This document shows positions 9,773-23,549 of a DNA stretch of 64,000 bases, one piece after another (the stretch's first letter is position 1; every line of letters starts with the position of its first letter). The notes beneath the pieces were generated by a model that was not told the DNA's origin, did not search any database, and saw only the letters and a list, made by a program, of their open reading frames with translations. The translations under genes were made by a program, and so were the position numbers. This stretch comes from Eledone cirrhosa (lineage: Eukaryota), in assembly GCA_964016885.1 (NCBI GenBank), contig OZ024762.1, forward strand, positions 15,190,001 through 15,254,000. Reading direction: 5' to 3'.

Positions 9773-11422
9773 ATGCAAATAGACTTAGAATGGAAAACAT
9801 TCAGACAGAGAAGAATGGATAATGGGAATGTAGAAGAATTTCATATTAGTGATATGAATGTTTCGTGTGATCACTGTGGAGCTTTGAAATTTAGAAATGA
9901 AAATTGTAACTGTTGTAATAAAGGAAAGGTTGTGTTGCCTTCATTGCAAATATACCCTGAGAGACTGAGAAATCTCTTTGAAAGAGGCCAGGAAGCAGTT
10001 GATTTCACAGAAGCATCTGCAATTAAAACTACATTCATTTCACTTCATTTGGTGTTAAACTTGCCTTACCACCCGGCAGAGGCTCGTATAGCTTTCATAT
10101 TCAGGGTCAAACATATCACTACACCCCCACTTCTGTAACCTGCAGAAAATACACCACAATATGGCCAGTTATATATTATTGATGGGAATGAAGGTGTGTA
10201 GCACAGATTGGAAGTACCACCAAATAATTGTTTCTGGCATAAGGCCAGCAATTACTGGTACTTTATTCTATCGACCTCATAAGGATGAAAACAAAGTCAA
10301 CCTTGGAGGGATTTGAACCCAGAACACAAAGGGCCATAACCCTATGCTGTAAAGCATGGTGTCTGACGCTCTACCGATACTGCCAATCCACCGCCCTAGT
10401 ACCAACAAATAATGACTGTTCACCACAAAAAATGACTATGATAAGAGAGGTGTTGCATGAATGTAATCCATATGTCGAAGTGTACAATACAATGCATGGC
10501 ATCAAACAGCAAAGTGCAAGAAGAGAAAATTTTCGTGTACAGAACTGTGAATTAAGATATAGAAGACGATCAGATATGAGCTGCTATAATTTACCAACTA
10601 GTAATGATAGCTGTTGTTTTGTGGGGGATTGAGGGCACACCACCTGTACAAAGAGATATTATCATCTTTCCTAAAGACCATCCTCCTCAGAAAATACCAC
10701 ATAATTCATGCCACTTGGACCTCACGACCGACCCATAATGGTTAATTTTAGTGGCATAGTGACATGGAGAGGAATGCAGGACCTGTGTTTGCAATAGACT
10801 GACAATGCAGGAGTATTACATATACTGTATAGCATATAGAGGAGGATTTAGTGCGATATATAGGGCAGGTAAATTATTTTAGCAGTATTTAGTGGAAGCC
10901 TATATGAAAGTAGAGGGATGCAGGCTTCAATATTTGAGGAACAATCAAGCCCAATTGTGAGTGGATGAGTATAATGGTTTAATGAATTATCTAAACAGAT
11001 GATAACACTGAGCCTTAAGAAATGAAGACAAGATAAGAAACAGAGAAGACATTGACAAACTCCAATTAAAAGCAGGATCAATAATAATGCTTCTATGGAA
11101 TATTTCAATCCAGAACAGATTATGTAATGGCACAAGATTAGAAGTAGTGGAACTGCATAAACATTTTATCGAAGCTTCTCATATCTATGGTCCTTTGATG
11201 GGCAGGTGTGTTTTGATCCCAAGACTGAAGTTAGCCCCCAGTGGTGCCAACATCCCTTTTACTTTGGAAAGACCCCAGTTTCCATTAAGACTGTCATATG
11301 CCATGACAATCAACAAGAACCATGGTCAAATACATGATAAAGTGGGTCTGTTTCTCCCTGAGCAAGTATTTAACCCTGGAGAATTGTATGTTGCTTTTTC
11401 AAGAATTCACAGACAGATGTAA
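9773..11422 (+). mobile_element. Internally deleted, frameshifted Helitron RepHel remnant (units 1/2)
   Basis: N-terminal MNVSCDHCGALKFRNE..CCNKGKVVLP (Helitron Zn-finger region), then FHIQGQTYH..PQYGQLYIID, LHECNPYV, RYNLPT-like and Rep-region fragments, then a Pif1 C-terminus at 11087..11422. The HUH catalytic core and Walker A region are missing. Confidence 0.87.
10229..10397 (-). mobile_element. tRNA-derived SINE inserted in the Helitron with a 16-bp target-site duplication (also 18850-19018, 29525-29693, 38071-38239, 46533-46701, 55131-55299, 63751-63919)
   Basis: Flanked by agtaccaccaaataat (10213-10228) and agtaccaacaaataat (10398-10413). The minus strand has A-box-like tggcagtatcgg and B-box gggttcaaatcc. 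Confidence 0.8.
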
Positions 11423-11512
11423 AAATTAATCCTACCAACCCCACCACTCCTACAACTGTTAGCCCACCCCCAGCACCACCCAACCTCTGTTCTAGTCCCA
11501 CCGTTAGAACCA

Positions 11513-11728
11513 ATGCTGCTTACCCAGCCTCTTTTACTAGTTCACTCACTCCGTCGCTCGAATTTCAAAGCTGGCCCTCTACACTTGGTCGTTGCCAGGT
11601 CACCACCTGATTGTGCTCTCTGTGTCTGCATTAGCCGGTACCTAAACACAATGAAATGTCACCTGTGCTACCAAAACTACCACAGGAACTGTGTCGGCAT
11701 CAGCAAGGCTTCAATACTAGACCTTTAA
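11513..11728 (+). pseudogene. Truncated PHD-finger-like fragment, probably retroelement-derived (one per unit, e.g. ~2890-3106, 22881-23096, 39355-39570)
   Basis: CALC-x11-CHLC-x4-H-x2-C followed by VGISK. The last CxxC pair is absent and the frame is broken in some units. Confidence 0.5.
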
Positions 11729-12181
11729 TCAGGGCCACTTTAGCTCCGACGACCAGCTCTCTACCGAGTGTGTGTTGGTGGAGTGGACATGAGACCAGCA
11801 AAGTCGTAGGAGTAGAGACTAGTAAATAATATACGGTCCTAGCTATGTTAAGAATATATATAAGAAACATGTTCTTTACATTTAAGAAGACAAGAGAAAT
11901 AAATATTTACCTCTTTCATGTAGGTAATATAGCGGTGTTATAAAACTAATTATACGACCGGTGTAACAGTCGGTATAAATGAAAGATGTAGAAATAAAAG
12001 TTTGAACAATGACATGAATAAAGATACAGTAATTTAATATGAGCAAGAATAAATATTTAATGGAATTAAATGTAATTTAATAAGAAATAAGTAAAAGAGT
12101 GAATTGCTTAGGTAAAAGAAAAAAGCAAAATGAAGAAACAGAAAATTTGGTTTGTCTTTATAAACCTTATTTAGACTAATT

Positions 12182-12760
12182 AATCGGGCTGGAAGAAGTT
12201 TATGGAGCTGCTTCCTCTCGTGACAAAGAAGGGTTTCTCCCTGCGTACAAAAGGTAGGTTGTTTGATGCCTGTGTGAGATGCACAATGTTGCATGGTAGT
12301 GAGACATGGGCAGCAACTGCAGAGGATATGCGAAGGCTGGAGAGAAATGAAGCAAACATGCTCCATTGGATGTGCAATGTCAATGTGCGTGAAAGACCAA
12401 GCATGGACGAGTTGAGAGTGAAACTCTATAAGAAGGATAGACTGTAGTGTGCGGGAGAGAAGACTGTGTTGGTATGGCCATGCGATGCGTATGCAGGATT
12501 ACCGCAGGGTGAAGAAGTGCCAAGTAATCCCAGTGGGAGGAAGACGCAGTAGAGGAAGACCAAGCAAGATATGGGCAGAGGTAGTGAGAGCTGACCTCAG
12601 ATCGTTGAAGCTCAGAGGAGATGATGAAGGAGAGATGCTGCGCTGAAGAGGATCTGTCCCACCCTTATAAGCAGGGAAAAGTGGATGTATAATGATGATG
12701 ATATATATATGTCCCACCCTTGCAAAAAGGAAAAAGCAGACGTAAAATGAAAATGCTGAT
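12182..12760 (+). mobile_element. RTE 3' fragment (unit 2)
   Basis: ORFs 12202..12447 and 12449..12646. Confidence 0.88.
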
Positions 12761-13739
12761 ATATATAGATAGATATGTATATATATATATATATATACTT
12801 ATACGTCATGGTGGCTACAGGTGCCAAGAGGAAGAAGCCGGACAATCCTCTGATATTTGTTTATCTTCCTTTCCTTCGTGGGCCGCGGTAGCCAGGTTTG
12901 TGGCCGAAGCAACCAAGTTGAAATCGGCCACCGGTGGTTGATATCACCAGGTTAGGAAACCCTGGTTTAGTAGCTCCAGTTATTACTTCGTTAGATATAG
13001 TCCGTAATTGAAATTAAAGCCTAAAGGTGTACTAAAGCCACAAACGTTTTTCTATCTATGAATTATTAGTGGTGTAAACAGATGAATTAAAGTCAAAGCT
13101 AATAAATATATCACCAAGAAGAATATCTAAGGATTTCCAAAGTGTAAAGTCAGCTCAAGCCTGGAGACTTATCAAGCAGGTGCCTGTCCCAGTTCCTGTA
13201 GCGTAAAGGGACTGAGAGTACATGACTTCCCCCTGGACATGATGTCAGTCCATCGCAGGGTTAACACCCCACCTATATGAAATGAAGTTTTTGCTCAAGT
13301 AAAACAACTAACAATGCAGTCCAGGAATCGAATACACATATGATCGTAAGACCAACACACTTACCACAAGAATTATTTTGACAAGCCTACATCCTACTGA
13401 GCCCAAGAAAGGGGCCTCATAACTAGAACAGGCATCATTTGTCCTAAATACGGAGCTGACTTTACATATAAATATATATAGATATATATATAATTATATA
13501 TATATATATAGTATGTGTGTGTGTATGAAGATGTATGACCCCCTAGCAAGCCAAACTACAGTTACTCCCCAACATGGACAGCAAATTAAAATATTACCTG
13601 TTAGAGACGAACGTGAAATGATTTGTTAGTGTACTACCGGTGTAACAGTAATTATGTTACCGGTGTAACTATTTCTGTTTACCTTCTTTTTAAATCACAC
13701 TCCTATATTAGTTTAGTGACCTTTCAATTCAAATAAATT

Positions 13740-14164
13740 CTTGATGATGAGTGAACTCGCATCGGAGTAGCCCAACGCCTTGGCCTCCGCGTGTGTGAGC
13801 CACATAAATGGTCTCAACCACATAGTGAGAAGAAGCCTGGACGCAGCTGAATTTCCATCTCAACTGGAGCCAGCAGGCCTAGGCCGCGGAGATGGCAAGC
13901 ACCCCGAGGGAATCACCCTCTTCCCATTCGAAGGAGGTAGATCCACAAACCCCAGCATCGCAGCCCGTCTCGCAGATGAACATAAAATAAACAAATTCCG
14001 GTGTTTGTCCTGGAGCTTCTTCTACGCACCAGCCACTGTCGAGACCCCCAGGCCTACTTGGACCCATTACAGCCGAGCTCCTCCGCAACATCGGAGTGTC
14101 TGTGGCCCGTCTGAAGATGAAGTCCCACGAGGTTGGATGGTTGTTGCAGCAGGTGTCACTGCCC
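13740..14164 (+). mobile_element. CRE-like RLE fragment (unit 2)
   Basis: ORF 13780..14217, a copy of 5141..5578. Confidence 0.78.
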
Positions 14165-14379
14165 TTACATATATATACGTAAATGTTCCCTTGACTGCTA
14201 TTTCTAGCATATATTAATAGACACTTTAGAAACCCCAGCTAAAAATCAGGAAACAACAGTGGGTGTCTGTATATATTTACACAGAGAGAAAAAGAGAGAG
14301 AGAGAGATAGAGAGAGCAGCCAAAGACACACACACACGCACATACACACAGGTGTATGTATATATATGTGTGTGTCTTT

Positions 14380-14474
<95 letters not shown>

Positions 14475-14591
14475 CAGTGATCCCCTTTGCAACCTTTAAT
14501 TAAACAAACCTGCGACGAGGCGATGATCAAAATAACCAGCAAAATGTCAACAAACGGATACACGATAACATGTGTAGACGAAGTAAAACTT

Positions 14592-15193
14592 TTATTACTG
14601 TAATATAAAGTAGAAACCCTTTATTTAAACAAAGCTGCGATGCAGCGATGATCAAAAGAAACTTCAAAATGTAAACAAACTTCTCGTAGGTGCTGCCAGA
14701 TACACGATAACATGTGTATACGAAGTGTATCTTGAAGTTTGGTCGTATTATATCGCTTTCAAATTGACCCCTATTATATTCAAATTATCCCCTGTGGGGC
14801 GTGCACCCCACGTTGAGAATCCCTCATAAATAAATATATGTGAGTGTGTTGCTATGACTGCTATTTCTAGCAGGTTTACTGCTGTCCTGTAGACGCACAA
14901 CGAAAACCGGAAGTGGCAGCCATTAAAAAACTTTGGCTTAAAATCAGGCAAAAGTTTTTTAACAATTTGCCAAGAAAGATAACTCTTGTCTTACTTAATC
15001 GCAAAAATCGAGGCAAAAACTTTGCGGGTGTGCAGTTTGTTTGGTGTATTTGACTGCTATTTCTAGCATGTATGGACGCTTTAGAAATAGCAGCGAAACA
15101 CGGAAAACAGCAGAAAGAAGAACAAAAACATATATATATATATATATATATAGGTGTGTATCCTTCTTTCTGCTGTATATATGTGTGTGTGTA

Positions 15194-15249
<56 letters not shown>

Positions 15250-15346
15250 CCAGGTATACACTCACCCATACATATATATACGCGTGTATATATATATAAA
15301 TATATATATTTAAACGTATATATATTTGTGCATATATGTATATGTA

Positions 15347-15386
<40 letters not shown>

Positions 15387-16155
15387 TACATAATTATATA
15401 TATATATATACGTGTGTGTCCTTCTTTCTATTGTTTTCCCTGTTTCGCTGCTATTTCTAAAGCGTCCATACATGCTAGAAATAGCAGTCGAATACACCAA
15501 ACAAACTGCACACCAGCAAAATTTTTGCCTCGATTTTTGCGATTAAGTAAGACAAGAGTTATCTTTCTTGGCAAATTGTTAAAAAACTTTTGCCTGATTT
15601 TAAGCCAAAGTTTTTTAATGGCTGCCACTTCCGGTTTTCGTTGTGCGTCTACAGGACAGCAGTAAACCTGCTAGAAATAGCAGTCAAATACACCAAACAA
15701 ACTGCACACCCGCAAAAATTTTGCCTCGATTTTTGCGATTAAGTAAGACAACAGTTATCTTTCTTGGCAAAACAGCCTGGTTTGTTAAAAAAAATTTGCC
15801 TGATTTTAAGCCAAAGTTTTTTAATGGCTGCCACTTCCGGTTTTCGTTGTGCGTCTACAGGACAGCAGTAAACCTGCTAGAAATAGCAGTCATAGCAACA
15901 CACTCACATATATTTATTTATGAGGAATTCTCAACGTGGGGTGAACGCCCCACAGGGGATAATTTAAATATAATAGGGGTCAATTTGAAAGTGATATAAT
16001 ACGACCAAACTTCCAGATCCACTTCGTATACACATGTTATCGTGTATCTGGCAGCACCTGCGAGAAGTTTGTTTACATTTTGGGGTCTGCTTTGATCATC
16101 GCTGCATCGCAGCTTTGTTTAAATAAAGGGTTTCTACTTTATATTACAGTCATAA
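14592..16155. repeat. Long inverted repeat (unit 2)
   Basis: Same arms as unit 1. Confidence 0.95.
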
Positions 16156-16343
16156 CACTTTTACAAGACTCGGATTGTTTTTATATTAAAGGGGGGACAT
16201 AAACATATTTTAAATGTCGAGGTGGGGCATGGTGCAGAGAAGGTTTTAAACCACTGATATATATTTATTTATACCCTTCTTTCTGTTGTTTTTTAAACTC
16301 TGAACGCAGCATTTTTCTGTTGTTCTCCGGGATTCTAGCAAAG

Positions 16344-16379
<36 letters not shown>

Positions 16380-18400
16380 GTCAACCTCAGACTCGAAAAA
16401 GCCGCCGCTAATCGTGATCGTTGGGGTTATAATTAGACTAAACTGCTTCCACTGGGCACCATTAGCTGGTTGTGATCATTGGAGAATTCTTTCTGCGCTG
16501 AAAGAGCCTAGGACTAAAAGATATATATATAGATGTCGAAACGGCAGTAGCACAGCCGTTGGGGTCCTGAATATTTTCACATCTATATATATGTGTGTAT
16601 TCTGCGATATTTATAATTACATAAGTAAGCATATTTGAATAACAAAATTTGAGGTTTAAATACTTTATTTTTTACCAATAACATACAGAAAGGCATGAAT
16701 AACACCACATGTTAATTACTTTAATATTGAAAGTGGGCTTATAAATATTAAATTCAGCAGATTTTTGTAGCCTTCATGGTGGTCTGGTGGGTGATACCAG
16801 AGATGGTGGAGGTCCTGGTCTCGGGTTCAATACTGTTCATGGGTTACATATAAGGTTTCATGCTTCTTTTTTTTTTTTTTTTTTTTTTTTATATCCTCTT
16901 TTCTTCTTATCCCTAGATATAAATATATATACATAAGGTAATTTGGTAGAATTGTTACAACATCCGATAAAATTCTTTGCAGTATTTTTCCAGTTCTTTA
17001 CTCCGAGTTCAACTTTACCTTTCTTCCATTCGGTGTCGATAAGTCTTGAATATTTCTAACGTAGCAACAACTGGAGCTACTTAACCAAGTTTTCCTAACC
17101 TAGTTGATATCACCTACCGGTTGGAGATTTAAACTGTTGGCTGGGACAATGACACACTAATCAGTCAGATTCCAACTCACTATGTCTGGCATATATTTTA
17201 TACTTTATATTTCAATGAAGTTCTGTAAGTAACCTGGTGACTTAGATGGCAATACTGCTCGAATAGATGGCTTCTATTATGAAGTTATAAGTTCATTCCC
17301 TATCCAGGATTGTAGAATTAATTTTATTTAGTTATTATTTAATCAATTCTTTTAACAAACAAATTATATCTATAAAACGCCAAATATAGTGAGTTCAAAT
17401 CTGACTGACATGCATGGTATATATTTATGTTTCATTATACAGCAAACTTATAAAGATATATATATATTGTCCAGGAGTTTCGAGTTTAGTGGGAATTGGT
17501 ACAACTCTCAATTGGAGCTAGTCCCTGCAAGATCAGCATAAATAATGTTATACCTTTTCATGAAATCTTGCACACCCGATATTTTATACATGATTATTTA
17601 AAGGTGAACAAAAACCAAAGAACATTGAGCAGCATTTCTCAACCTTTCTACCCATGTTGATCTCTTGAAATAGTTTTTATGTCTCAGGGAAGCCCTGCAT
17701 AAAATATACTTTTTCTATCTCTAGAGCAGTGGTTCCCAAATCGTGTGCTGCGAGATGAAACTAGATGAGCTGCAAAAGACTAAGATTAAGTTTTAAGATG
17801 TGAAAAATATAAAACTGAAATTTCATATAAAAGTTCAAATATAGCTACAGCCACAAACCTAGGCTCCACACCCCGCAACGCAGAGGAGAGTAAGATAGTA
17901 CCGAGGCCTGACTCACCTCTTCCACTCCATTGAGACCTCTGCCATACTTGGTCCCCGTACTACTGATTTTCTCCATAAAGTCGGGAGGAAAGACGGCAGG
18001 TGCGACTATTGTAGCAGGTGTTTCTGTTCTTGCTCCGAGGTAACGCTTTTACGTTTCTTCCACGGGTTGCGGCTGAGGGACCACTTAGACTGGGGTGAAG
18101 TGTCTGTCCCTCCCCCGACTTCTTATTTCTTTTCTTTTCTCTTCTTGCTTATCTCTGCTATACCACGGCATCAAAAACATATATGATATATGTATGTATG
18201 GTATAGGTGTATTTATATTTAGGATAGTTATCGAAGGTAAATAGACTGGTTGGAGCAATAACAGTCTTGTTTATGTATATAAATATATATATATATGTTT
18301 GTTCTTGTATTTCCATAGAAAAGGTAAAGAAAAGAAGAATGCTCTATGTATTGTACAGAGCTATTTAATTACATAATAAACAACTGAATATAATTATTCC

Positions 18401-19075
18401 ATGCAAATAGACTTAGAATGGAAAACATTCAGACAGAGAAGAATGGATAATGGGAATGTAGAAGAATTTCATATTAGTGATATGAATGTTTCGTGTGATC
18501 ACTGTGGAGCTTTGAAATTTAGAAATGAAAATTGTAACTGTTGTAATAAAGGAAAGGTTGTGTTGCCTCCATTGCAAATATACCCTGAGAGACTGAGAAA
18601 TCTCTTTGAAAGAGGCCAGGAAGCAGTTGATTTCACAGAAACATTAAAACTACATTCATTTCACTTCATTTGGTGTTAAACTTGCCTTACCACCCGGCAG
18701 AGGCCCGTATAGCTTTCATATTCAGGGTCAAACATATCACTACACCCCCACCTCTGTAACCTGCAGAAAATACACCACAATATGGCCAGTTATATATTAT
18801 TGATGGGAATGAAGGTGTGTAGCACAGATTGGAAGTACCACCAAATAATTGTTTCTGGCATAAGGCCAGCAATTACTGGTACTTTATTCTATCGACCTCA
18901 TAAGGATGAAAACAAAGTCAACCTTGGAGGGATTTGAACCCAGAACGTAAAGGGCCATAACCCTATGCTGTAAAGCATGGTGTCTGACGCTCTACCGATA
19001 CTGCCAATCCACCGCCCTAGTACCAACAAATAATGACTGCTCACCACAAAAAATGACTATGATAAGAGAGGTGTT
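18401..19075 (+). mobile_element. Helitron remnant, upstream part, interrupted by RTE
   Basis: Same CDHCGALKFRNE ORF; truncated at the RTE tail junction gagaggtgtt|atcatc. Confidence 0.85.
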
Positions 19076-22024
19076 ATCATCACCGTTTTACGTCCGTTCT
19101 TCCACGCTAGCATGGGTTAGACGGGTTGTCCTGTTGTGTGCAGTGTCTGGTCGGCTGACCATGCCTTGCTCATACAGGAACTGATCTGGCTTGATTTCTA
19201 CAGCTGGATGCCCTTCCTAACACCAACCTCATTTACAGTGAGTGCTGGGTGCTTTTTCGTGGCGCCTACACGTCCACTTTACAGTGTGGGCTGGGTGCTT
19301 TTTTGCCGTGGCACCTCCACGACCACCTTGCGGTGGGGGGTGTGGGGGCATATTGTTTATATGCTTCAGCATGTACCCATGGGATGTCGGGTACTCTGTA
19401 TTACTGCGTGACGCCAGAAGTAACGGTCGTGTGTCATTGTCTTTGAGAGGTGTAATTGGGTAAGGTCGGCTTTTATCACCTCATCCCAGGTCATCTTGGG
19501 TCTCCCCACTCCGCGGTTTCCATCAACTTCTAGTGCTCTGCACCTTTTTATGCAGCTGTCATCCTTCATACGCATCACATGTCCATACCAGCGCAACCGC
19601 CTCTCCTGCACACAGCAGTTGATTCCTCTTATGCTCAGTCTCTCTCTCAATTCATTTATGCTTTGTCGTTCACGTATATTACTGTTACACATCCATCGGA
19701 GCATGCAGGCTTCGTTTCTCTCTAATCTACGTAAGTCTTCCACCTTCAGCGCCCAGGTCTCATTACCATGCAACATCGCTGTTCGGATACACGCATCATA
19801 CAGTCTGCCTTTTATTCTGAGGGAGAAGCCTTTTGCAGCTAACAGTGGTAGTAGTTCCCTAAACTTCTTCCATCCCGTTCTTACCCTAGTTATTGTACTT
19901 TCTGAACACCCACCTCCGTTGCTAATTCGGTCACCTAGGTAGCAGAAGCTGTCTACTGTTTCTACAGGGCCCTCCCAGAGATTGGTGGTACTTGTTTCCT
20001 GTGGCTGTTTGCTGCTTGCTGTTTCAGCACAGCTGCTGCATGTGAATCCTACATTCTTAATTAAGCTTCCTGAGATCCCGCTACATCTCTTGTGTACCCA
20101 TTGTTTGCATTTGGGGCAGAGAATGTAGTTCCTACCTACACCTTTCCTACATACTGAGCAAGGCCATTTCCCTGAGGGGATCTGGGTTCTGTTTTCTCGT
20201 CTACTTACAAGGACCTTAGTCTTTGTCATGTTGACTTTGAGACCCTTTCTCTCTAGTCCCTGCTTCCAGGTTTGGAATTTATTCTCTAGTTCTATCATAG
20301 ATTCAGCTATGAGTGCGAGGTCATCAGCATACAGGAGTTCCCATGGGCATCCGGTCTTAAATTCCTCCGTTATTGCCTGCAGGACTATGATGAACAGGAA
20401 GGGCTAAGAACAGAGCCCTGGTGAACCCCAACCTGTACGCTAAATTCCTCGCTATACTCATTGCTAATCCTAACTTTGCTGACTGCTCCCCTATACATGG
20501 CTTGTACCGCTTTCACAAGCCATTCATCTACTCCTAGTTTTCTAAGAGCCCACCAGATTACAGCACGTGGAACTCTGTCAAAGGCTTTCTCAAGGTCGAC
20601 AAATGCCAAGTAGAGTGGCTTACTTTTAGTTAGGTACTTTTCCTGTAATTGCCTCACAAGGAAGAGGGCATCAGTGGTGCCTCTTCCTGGTACAAACCCA
20701 AATTGCATCTCGTCTATATTCACCCAGTCCCTAATCAGCTGTGCTATAACTCTTTGTTACTTTCATGACCTGGTCCATTAACTTTATACCTCTATAGTTT
20801 CCTCTATCTAGTGCATCGCCTTTGCCTTTGTAGCAGTTGACAATGATGCTACTGCACCAATCTTTTGGTATGGCCCCTTCTAGTATTACCTGGTTAACGA
20901 TACATGTGGTTATAGTGTGACCTACAGACCCAGATGCCTTCAGCATCTCGGCAGCTATACCCGATGGACCGGTTGCCTTCCCCATCTTCATATCTCTGAT
21001 TGCCTTACTTACTATGCTGCCGCTGACTTGTACTGTTGGTCCCTCTATAGGGTCTACTTGGGGTAGGGTCTCTTCTTCCCATGCATTCTCCTCATTTAGT
21101 AATCTATCATAATGACTCTTCCATGCATCTTTCTTCTCAGCACTTGTGAGGGCAAGCTTACCTTTATCATTCCGGATACACTTCTCTCCAATGACATCAC
21201 AACTATCTCTGACACGCTGCCTCGCAATCTTGAATACCTCCTGTTTCTGGTCCTCACGTAAAACATGCTTGAATTTTCTATCCTCTGCTTCCCTCCTAGC
21301 TAAGTATACTTGTCGCCTAGCTTCCCTCTTGGTCTCTATGTAATGTACCCTGCTCCCCCCGTTCTTCCATTCTTTCCATGCCTGTCTCTTGGCCCTGACT
21401 GCTTCATCTACCTTATTCTTCCACCACCAAGTCACTCTCCTCCTGCTTGAGGTCTTACTCCAGCCACAGACCTCGTCCGTCGCCTCTAGTAAATTATTTT
21501 TTAGGAACTCCCAGTTCTCTTCTACATTAAATGTCTCTATCTGTTCTTCTTTACTGTCGTAGGCGTTGAGTAAAATATCTTTAAATCTGTTACTGGTTGA
21601 GGGGACTTTCAGCTTCCAGATCTTTCTTCTCCAGGTTGGCCTCTGTTTCAGGGCTTGTCTAGTTCTGACCGTGAGGTCGCTGACAACTAAGCTATGTTGA
21701 GATGTACATTCCTCACTAGGGAAGGCTTTTGTGTTTACGACCGTCCATCTGTCACGGCCTCTGATGAGGATAAAATCTAACTGACTAGAGTGCTCCCCTG
21801 ATATATAGGTGATCAGGTGGTTGTCGGGTTTTCTAAAGTTTGTGTTACATATCGACATGTCATTGGCGTCGCAGAATTCTAGAAGTCTGAATCCTTCCTC
21901 ATTCCTTGTGCCAACTCTATGGCCTCCATGTACTCTATTGAAGCCGTCGCAGTGTTTACCTATGTGTCCGTTAAAATCTCCTGCGATGATTAGGAAGTCC
22001 TTGTCGTCTGTTAGAGCAGTAGTG
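19076..22024 (-). mobile_element. RTE-clade LINE, 5'-truncated, two frameshifts (copy 2, with complete 3' end)
   Basis: ORFs 20731..21858 (APE C-terminus and RT start), 20385..20723 (RT), YADD at 20320-20331, and 19366..20298 (C4HC3 finger, RRLRWYGHVMR, RGVGRPKMTW). The 3' UTR ends cggacgtaaaacggtgatgat. Confidence 0.95.
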
Positions 22025-22802
22025 TGTACAAAGAGATATTATCATCTTTCCTAAAGACCATCCTCCTCAGAAAATACCGCATAATTCATGCCACTTGGAC
22101 CTCACGACCGACCCATAATGGTTAATTTTAGTGGCAGAGTGACATGGAGAGGAATGCAGGACCTGTGTTTGCAATAGACTGACAATGCAGGAGTATTACA
22201 TATACTGTATAGCATATAGAGGAGGATTTAGTGCGATATATAGGGCAGGTAAATTATTTTAGCAGTATTTAGTGGAAGCCTATATGAAAGTAGAGGGATG
22301 CAGGCTTCAATATTTGAGGAACAATCAAGCCCAATTGTGAGTGGATGAGTATAATGGTTTAATGAATTATCTAAACAGATGATAACACTGAGCCTTAAGA
22401 AATGAAGACAAGATAAGAAACAGAGAAGACATTGACAAACTCCAATTAAAAGCAGGATCAATAATAATGCTTCTATGGAATATTTCAATCCAGAACAGAT
22501 TATGTAATGGCACAAGATTAGAAGTAGTGGAACTGCATAAACATTTTATTGAAGCTTCTCATATCTATGGTCCTTTGATGGGCAGGTGTGTTTTGATCCC
22601 AAGACTGAAGTTAGCCCCCAGTGGTGCCATCATCCCTTTTACTTTGGAAAGACCCCAGTTTCCATTAAGACTGTCATATGCCATGACAATCAACAAGAAC
22701 CATGTTCAAATACATGATAAAGTGGGTCTGTTTCTCCCTGAGCAAGTATTTAACCCTGGAGAATTGTATGTTGCTTTTTCAAGAGTTCACAGACAGATGT
22801 AA
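22025..22802 (+). mobile_element. Helitron remnant, downstream part (Pif1 helicase C-terminus)
   Basis: ORF 22467..22802, the same as 2464..2799. Confidence 0.85.
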
Positions 22803-23549
22803 AAATTAATCCTACCAACCCCACCACTCCTACAACTGTTAGCCCACCTAACCTCCGTTCTAGTCCCACCGTTAGAACCAATGCTGCTTACCCAGCCTCT
22901 TTTACTAGTTCACTCACTCCGTCGCTCGAATTTCAAAGCTGGCCCTCTACACTTGGTCGTTGCCAGGTCACCACCTGATTGTGCTCTCTGTGTCTGCACT
23001 AGCCGGTACCTAAACGCAATGAAATGTCACCTGTGCTACCAAAACTACCACAGGAACTGTGTCGGCATCAGCAAGGCTTCAATACTAGACCTTTAATCAG
23101 GGCCACTTTAGCTCCGACGATCAGCTCTCTACCTAGTGTGTGTAGGTGGAGGGGACATGAGACCAGGAAAGTCGTAGGAGTAGAGACTAGTAAATAATAT
23201 ACGGTCCTAGCTATGTTAAGAATATATATAAGAAACATGTTCTTTACATTTAAGAAGACAAGAGAAATAAATATTTACCTCTTTCATGTAGGTAATATAG
23301 CAGTGTTATAAAACTAATTATACGACCGGTGTAACAGTCGGTATAAATGAAAGATGTAGAAATAAAAGTTTTAACAATGACATGAATAAAGATACAGTAA
23401 TTTAATATGAGCAAGAATAAATATTTAATGTAATTAAATGTAATTTAATAAGAAATAAGTAAAAGAATGAATTGCTTAGGTAAAAGAAAAAAGCAAAATG
23501 AAGAAACAGAAAATTTGGTTTGTCTTTATAAACCTTATTTAGACTAATT

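Larger units (their letters stand above)
10645..22024. repeat. Repeat unit 2 (11380 bp including the RTE insertion)
   Basis: Anchor to anchor; includes the RTE at 19076-22024. Confidence 0.92.
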
